DNA of 64,000 bases. Origin: Opitutales bacterium. Its GTDB lineage: Bacteria > Verrucomicrobiota > Verrucomicrobiia > Opitutales > JABSRG01. Shown piece by piece: positions 58,901 to 64,000 of the stretch. The notes under the pieces were generated by a model. The model was not told where the DNA came from. It searched no databases and saw only the letters and a program-made list of their open reading frames with translations. Location: the NCBI GenBank assembly GCA_049599475.1, contig JBMYOQ010000006.1, forward strand, positions 1 through 64,000, in the 5' to 3' direction. The position numbers were made by a program, and so were the translations under genes. The stretch's first letter is position 1. The number at the start of each line of letters is the position of its first letter.

Positions 58901-59611
58901 CTAGTCAATATACACGACGCAGCCAGTGACATCGCAAAAGTGCGGCGTGCCGTGTGTTTTGGCCTCAGAAATTAGCTCATTGGAGACTTTGAGGTGGCTA
59001 CGTTTACAAACGCCGCCCTCGATGGGAGCGACGTAGGGAGGGCGGTTTTTAAGATTTACCTTAGCCTGATTGTAAGCGCGTAGAAATTTTTGAGACACGG
59101 GTCCCAGGGCGTCTTCGTATCTAGCCTCGGCTTCGGTGAGCTCTTCTTTCAGGGCTTTTTCGGCCTCTTTTGCCTGGGAAATCTGGGTGTCCAGGGCCGC
59201 TATCTCATCATCGAAGGTGCCTTCGATGGCCTTGAGCTTCTCAGCCTCCACATCAATTTGCTCCATTACTTCGAGTTCTTCTGTCTCGAGGTCGCTGATT
59301 TTTCCTTGTGTGGTCTCTATTTCGTGGGTGAGGGCCTGGTATTCCTCGTTTTTCTTTACCGAAAGCTGCTGGTTTTTGTATTTTGTGATCTGCGCTTCGC
59401 TGCCAGCGATTTCGTTCTCCAGCGTTTTGCGCTGGGCCTCTAGGCTGCGCAAGGTCTGTTTCGCTTCGTCGAAGCGATCTCGTGCAGCCTGCTTCTCTGA
59501 CTCGACCTCTTTGATTTTAACAGGAATGGCCTGGAGTTCTTTGTTGATCTCGTCCCGCTTGAGCTCGCGGGCTTGAAGAGTGAGCAAATTTTGCACTTCG
59601 GGGTCGATCAT
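58901..59611 (-). CDS. Coiled-coil + zinc-ribbon (DUF164-like) protein
   Basis: LLTLQARE, VKKNEEYQALTHEI, C-terminal CKRSH...CDVTGC. Confidence 0.85.
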   Translation of the reverse strand: MIDPEVQNLLTLQARELKRDEINKELQAIPVKIKEVESEKQAARDRFDEAKQTLRSLEAQRKTLENEIAGSEAQITKYKNQQLSVKKNEEYQALTHEIETTQGKISDLETEELEVMEQIDVEAEKLKAIEGTFDDEIAALDTQISQAKEAEKALKEELTEAEARYEDALGPVSQKFLRAYNQAKVNLKNRPPYVAPIEGGVCKRSHLKVSNELISEAKTHGTPHFCDVTGCVVYID

Positions 59612-59704
59612 CAGGTAAACAGGCTTGGAAATAGCGCCCCTAATGACAATCGGAAAACTCGAATTTGGCGTGCTTTTTGCCTATTGGAGTCATCGCAAGG
59701 ATCG

Positions 59705-59732
59705 TTGACACGATATTGTGACAAGCCATACT
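59705..59732 (+). promoter_or_regulatory. Sigma70-like promoter of accA
   Basis: TTGACA-N16-CATACT ending 10 nt before the ATG, implying a very short leader. Confidence 0.45.
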
Positions 59733-59742
59733 CCGCCAGCTC

Positions 59743-60717
59743 ATGGATACTGCAGCCACTTTTTCTCTAGAATTTGAAAAGCCGATTCGCGACTTGATCG
59801 AGCAACTCGATCGCCTAGTGCAGATTTCACAGGAAAACGAAATCGATGTCTCTCTGGAGATTCAGGCTATCGAGCGAAAGATCGAAACGACTAAGAAAGA
59901 AGTCTACGCGAACATGGACCCATGGCAGCGTGTTCAGATGGCTCGCCACATCCAGCGCCCGTACTCTTTGGACTATATCGGTGCCCTGTTTGAAGATTTC
60001 CAGGAGCTGCATGGAGACCGACGCTTCAGCGACGATGCTGCTATTGTCGGTGGGCTCGCACAGTTTGAGGGCCAGTCTGTGATGGTTATCGGTCAACAGA
60101 AAGGCCGAAACACAAAGGAAAATCTGTTGCGCAATTTCGGTTGTGCGAATCCTGAGGGCTATCGCAAGGCTCTGCGCTTGATGAAGCTTGCCGAAAAATT
60201 CCAGCTTCCAGTGATCACGTTTATCGATACTCCGGGAGCTTATCCGGGGATTGGTGCTGAGGAACGCCACGTTGCCGAAGCCATCGCCTTGAACATCATG
60301 GAGATGAGTGCTTTGAAGACACCGATTATCTCGGTTGTGATTGGAGAAGGCGGTTCCGGCGGAGCGCTCGGTATGGCGGTAGCCGATGTGGTGCTTGTGC
60401 TCGAGAATGCGTGGTATTCTGTGATTTCTCCTGAAGGGTGTGCGGCTATTCTCTGGAAGGATCGTGCGAAAGCCAAGGATGCGGCGGCTGCTCTCAAAGT
60501 GAATGCGCAGCACGTGAAAGAATTTGAGATAGCAGATGATATAATTCCTGAGCCGCTCGGAGGCGCGCATCATGATCCGCAAGCTGTCTATGATGCTCTA
60601 CGTAAGCGTCTCACATCTGATTTGAAAGCGCTTCAGCGCAAGAAGGTAGCCACCCTCTTGGATCATCGTTATAAACGCTATCGCAAGCTCGGCCCCTTCG
60701 AAGAAGCAGGGGTTTAA
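59743..60717 (+). CDS. accA: Acetyl-CoA carboxylase carboxyltransferase alpha subunit
   Basis: ELHGDR, PEGYRKALR, DTPGAYPG, GEGGSGGAL, ISPEGCAAILW. Confidence 0.97.
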   Translation: MDTAATFSLEFEKPIRDLIEQLDRLVQISQENEIDVSLEIQAIERKIETTKKEVYANMDPWQRVQMARHIQRPYSLDYIGALFEDFQELHGDRRFSDDAAIVGGLAQFEGQSVMVIGQQKGRNTKENLLRNFGCANPEGYRKALRLMKLAEKFQLPVITFIDTPGAYPGIGAEERHVAEAIALNIMEMSALKTPIISVVIGEGGSGGALGMAVADVVLVLENAWYSVISPEGCAAILWKDRAKAKDAAAALKVNAQHVKEFEIADDIIPEPLGGAHHDPQAVYDALRKRLTSDLKALQRKKVATLLDHRYKRYRKLGPFEEAGV

Positions 60718-60866
60718 GGATTCGATTGCGCTCTTGTGAAGGGCGGGCGAATCAAGTTTTTCATTTCGTGCTGAAAGGCCGGGTGATGCTGGATTTGAGC
60801 GACACTGTTTAAATCTGCATTCGACTTCGGTCTTTCTTTTTGCATACCGGCTGCTAGGAGGCACTC

Positions 60867-61760
60867 ATGGATATTTTGCAGCAGCTGATTGATCAGTTTA
60901 AGGTTATCTGGACATTAGAGCTCTATAAGAGCGGAGATTCCGTCATTTACATGAATCAGCTCGTGATTGCGTTGGTCGTGACAGTGATCGGTCTCTCGAT
61001 TGCCAAAAAGCTTTCTCATCTGATTGCGAATCGCATTGGCAAAGTAGCCAAGCTCACGGAAAACACCGTTCACCTGATCCAGCGGTTGACCTTCTATTTT
61101 ATCGATATCCTGGTCATCCTGATAGCGCTGCCGATCGCGGGGATTCCGATCACGATTTTCGCGGTAATGGGTAGTGCCTTTGCGATCGGTATTGGTTTTG
61201 GTGCGCAGAACCTTTTTAGAAACCTAATCTCGGGTTTCATCATAATGTTTGAGAAGCCCATCCGGATTGGTGACATTGTCGAAATCGGTGACGTCGAGGG
61301 GCGTGTTCAGGAAATCGGAAACCGAACAATCTTAGTAAAGCGCTCTGATGGTGTAGACCTCGTCGTCCCCAATCACTACTTCATCGACGAAATTGTTGTG
61401 AATTGGACGCGGGAAGACGGCGCGGTGCGCGCGACACTTCTTGTCGGTGTCGCCTATGGTTCACCGGTTGCCAAAGTGCGTGAGCTTCTCTTGAGAGTCG
61501 CCAATGAGAACCCGAAGGTGCTTCAGGAGCCGCGGCCACCAGAAGTGCTTTTTGCGGATTTTGGAGATAACGCCCTGGGGTTTGAGCTCCATTTTTGGTC
61601 AAACATCGTGCGACCGATGGATCGCCGCCGCGTCATGTCTGAGCTACGTTTCGAGATAGATCGCTTATTCAATGATGCGGGCATTGTCATATCCTTCCCG
61701 CAACGCGATGTGCACTTGGATACCTTGAAGCCCTTAGAGGTGAAAATGGTGAAAGAGTAG
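60867..61760 (+). CDS. MscS family mechanosensitive channel
   Basis: GIGFGAQN, ISGFIIMFEKPIRIGD, VGVAYGS, FPQRDVH. Confidence 0.92.
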   Translation: MDILQQLIDQFKVIWTLELYKSGDSVIYMNQLVIALVVTVIGLSIAKKLSHLIANRIGKVAKLTENTVHLIQRLTFYFIDILVILIALPIAGIPITIFAVMGSAFAIGIGFGAQNLFRNLISGFIIMFEKPIRIGDIVEIGDVEGRVQEIGNRTILVKRSDGVDLVVPNHYFIDEIVVNWTREDGAVRATLLVGVAYGSPVAKVRELLLRVANENPKVLQEPRPPEVLFADFGDNALGFELHFWSNIVRPMDRRRVMSELRFEIDRLFNDAGIVISFPQRDVHLDTLKPLEVKMVKE

Positions 61761-61785
61761 AAGATTGTTCAAATTTCAATGCCGC

Positions 61786-61817
61786 TTGACTTTTGGCGAC
61801 CGACCGATTGGTTGGTT
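61786..61817 (+). promoter_or_regulatory. -35 box plus palindromic TetR operator
   Basis: TTGACT followed by GACCGACCGATTGGTTGGTT. Confidence 0.65.
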
Positions 61818-61819
61818 GT

Positions 61820-62374
61820 GTGCGTGATAAAATACTTCAAGCAGCCGAAGAGATTGTTCAGGCAAAAGGACTCGACGCGGTGAGCTTTCAGCAGCTGGCC
61901 AACTCTGTTGGTTTGAGCAAGGCGAGCGTGTTTCATCATTTCCGCACCAAGGAGGCTTTGGCGCAGGCACTCATTGGACAATGTCGCTCAAAATATGGTC
62001 TGGAATACGCGACTATCGCGGAGAAGGATAAAGCGGCCCCAAAGAAGCTTCGAAAGATTGCAAAGTCCTTCGATAAAAGCCTGAAGGAGAACCGTTTATG
62101 TCTGCTGGCCGCATTGGGATCTAGCTACACAACGTTGTCTCCGAATCTTCAGGAAGAGATGAGCAATACTGCGGAAGCTGCGATTGCGATCTTTGCGGGT
62201 GTCTTTGACCAGGGGCGTACAGAGAAGTCTTTGAAATTTAATGGTAGCTCCGAGGAGGCCGCACGATCATTTTTGGCGATGCTGCAGGGTATGCAGCAGA
62301 TGGCTCGCTACTCCGGAGTCCCAGAGAATTTTATGGGTGCCGTGGATGCATATCTAAAAAATTTAGAGAAGTAG
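61820..62374 (+). CDS. TetR family regulator (NemR-like)
   Basis: GLDAVSFQQLANSVGLSKASVFHHF; RLCLL; GTG 61820 preferred. Confidence 0.9.
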   Translation: MRDKILQAAEEIVQAKGLDAVSFQQLANSVGLSKASVFHHFRTKEALAQALIGQCRSKYGLEYATIAEKDKAAPKKLRKIAKSFDKSLKENRLCLLAALGSSYTTLSPNLQEEMSNTAEAAIAIFAGVFDQGRTEKSLKFNGSSEEAARSFLAMLQGMQQMARYSGVPENFMGAVDAYLKNLEK

Positions 62375-62381
62375 AAAAATT

Positions 62382-62413
62382 TTGACTAACTGTAACCGAT
62401 CGGTCGATCGGTT
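62382..62413 (+). promoter_or_regulatory. -35 box plus palindromic TetR operator
   Basis: TTGACT followed by AACCGATCGGTCGATCGGTT. Confidence 0.7.
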
Positions 62414-62427
62414 GTATTTTTGATTTT

Positions 62428-62958
62428 ATGAATACTAAAAAACTAAATTCTGGGGGAACGTTTCCCGAAATAGAGCTCCCCCTTGTTGGAGGAGGAACCG
62501 CCGTCCTTGGGCGCGCAGATGAAGTAGGCAAATGGCGTCTCGTTTTCGTCTACCGAGGACTGCATTGTCCGATTTGTCACAAATATCTGAAGAAGCTGGA
62601 TTCCTTGCGGAATGGATTCGAGGAGGCGAATGCCGAGATCATTATCGTATCTGGGGATCCGCGCGAAAAAGCGGAGGCTATGGTGAGTGAAGAGGGTTTG
62701 AGCCTGAAAACTGCCTATGGACTCAGTGTTGAGCAGATGAAAGCACTCGGGCTTTGGATTTCTGAGCCGCGTTCACCACAGGAGACCGATCGGCCTTTCG
62801 CTGAGCCCGGCCTCTTTGGGATTAATGGAGACGGGCGCATTCACCTGATCGATCAATCGAATACACCCTTCAATCGTTCAGACCTCGCGGAGCTATTGGA
62901 TACAGTGATCTGGATCCAAGAAAATGATTATCCAATCCGGGGGACTTTTGCTCAATAG
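62428..62958 (+). CDS. AhpC/TSA peroxiredoxin-like protein
   Basis: [22 protein letters not shown]. Confidence 0.88.
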   Translation: MNTKKLNSGGTFPEIELPLVGGGTAVLGRADEVGKWRLVFVYRGLHCPICHKYLKKLDSLRNGFEEANAEIIIVSGDPREKAEAMVSEEGLSLKTAYGLSVEQMKALGLWISEPRSPQETDRPFAEPGLFGINGDGRIHLIDQSNTPFNRSDLAELLDTVIWIQENDYPIRGTFAQ

Positions 62959-62963
62959 CCCTT

Positions 62964-63560
62964 ATGAAAAACATATACATAATTAATGCGCACCAGCCGT
63001 ATCCATTTTCGGAAGGTAAATTGAATGCCAGTCTGGTTGCTAGGGCTGCAGGCTATCTCTCTGATCAAGGGTATGCTGTGAAAAGTATCACAATGAAAGA
63101 TACATACGATGTGGATACAGAGATTGAAAAACACATCTGGGCAGATGTTATCATTCTTCAGAGCCCCGTGAATTGGATGGGAGTGCCTTGGTCCTTTAAG
63201 AAATATATGGACGAGGTGTATTCCTATGGGATGGATGGTCGGCTGTGTTCTGGGGATGGTCGGACACGTCAAGACCCGACCAGGCAATATGGACAAGGCG
63301 GATCTCTTGAGGGAAAGAAGTATGCGCTTTCACTGACATTCAATGCCCCGAAGGATAGCTTTAATGATCCTGACCAATATCTATTTCAAGGTAAGAGCGT
63401 AGATGATCTCTTTCTCCCGACACATATGAATTTCCGCTTTTTGGGGATGAGCCCATTGGAAACGTTTGCGTGTTATGATGTCATGAAAAATGGAGACATT
63501 GAAAATGACTTTACGCGGTTTGACGCGTATTTGAAAAAGCATTTTCCCAAGGTGCTTTAG
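62964..63560 (+). CDS. mdaB: NAD(P)H:quinone oxidoreductase (MdaB-like)
   Basis: [32 protein letters not shown]. Confidence 0.85.
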   Translation: MKNIYIINAHQPYPFSEGKLNASLVARAAGYLSDQGYAVKSITMKDTYDVDTEIEKHIWADVIILQSPVNWMGVPWSFKKYMDEVYSYGMDGRLCSGDGRTRQDPTRQYGQGGSLEGKKYALSLTFNAPKDSFNDPDQYLFQGKSVDDLFLPTHMNFRFLGMSPLETFACYDVMKNGDIENDFTRFDAYLKKHFPKVL

Positions 63561-63593
63561 TATATACTGATTTCTAGCCATTTTTATTGTTTT

Positions 63594-63674
63594 GGTAGGG
63601 CGAACTGTCTCGGTGATATATTGCAGGTGAGTCTAGTCTGCCGTGGCTTGCTCACCAAGACGGTTCGCCCTACC
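63594..63674. repeat. GTAG REP doublet (same family as 20593-20681)
   Basis: GGTAGGGCGAACTGTCTCGGTGA ... TCACCAAGACGGTTCGCCCTACC. Confidence 0.85.
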
Positions 63675-63704
63675 GATATGTTTTGTACCTATTCTTAAAA
63701 GTGT

Positions 63705-64000
63705 GTTCGCATTGAGCTCAAATTATAATCGTGAGTTTTCCGGGAGGGACGCTGTCCTCGACGGAGGCTTGCCGGAGATGGCGCAGCAATGGCGCTGCGA
63801 TTAGGATGATGTCATCGGTAGCGGCCGATCTCCGAGCGGCCGAATGCTGCGTATCAGCTGGGCGAAATTGCTGTCTTCAACCGCTCGGAGATCGGTTGCT
63901 ACCCCATTTCTTCTCTAAGGGCAGCGCCATCTCCGCTGTCCTCAGCGTCCGCAGAGCCGATCGCAGCGAGAGGCTGTCTCAAAAGAGGTGGCGCCGGATC
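63705..64000. mobile_element. Composite repeat copy 2: cassette 63760-63933 with perfect 10-bp TSD, followed by the start of another MITE
   Basis: CGCTGTCCTC at 63750 and 63934; GAGAGGCTGTCTCAAAA at 63968. Confidence 0.85.

Noticed and set aside
8729..60582. Long antisense ORFs (e.g. 8729-9355, 38290-39093, 54228-54938, 59827-60582)
   Set aside because: Each lies entirely opposite a well-supported gene and is an expected codon-bias shadow.
1..64000. Autonomous transposase/RAYT, integrase, prophage, defence system, tRNA or rRNA
   Set aside because: No ORF or sequence with the corresponding motifs was recognised; very divergent members could be missed without HMM searches.

Overview
This is a gene-dense 64-kb bacterial chromosomal window. 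The gene content (scpB-pheA, pgi followed by a coiled-coil protein and a small lipoprotein, sulfatases, a prepilin-domain protein) suggests Verrucomicrobiota/Opitutales, but that is inference only. I recognise no rRNA, tRNA, CRISPR array, reverse transcriptase or transposase. Housekeeping genes (pfkA, pheA, scpB, ilvD, pgi, accA) are interleaved with accessory modules: a roadblock/LC7 gene pair, two transporters with attenuator-like leaders, a kinase/IMPase/ABA4-like cluster, two TetR redox regulons with visible operators, a YcaC/double-amidohydrolase/pirin/two-LysR cluster, a ~1740-aa surface protein with five 294-bp tandem repeats, a multiply broken porin gene, a PlcP/Agt-like pair, a XylR-type regulon with 21-bp-period direct-repeat operators, and an FGE plus two-sulfatase locus. 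The most unusual signal is non-coding: a layered system of GTAG/GGAG REP-like palindromic doublets. It includes a 174-bp cassette with a 10-bp target-site duplication that sits in opposite orientations inside two copies of the same host repeat (41.2 kb and 63.8 kb). All protein calls come from motif recognition by eye; no database searches were run.
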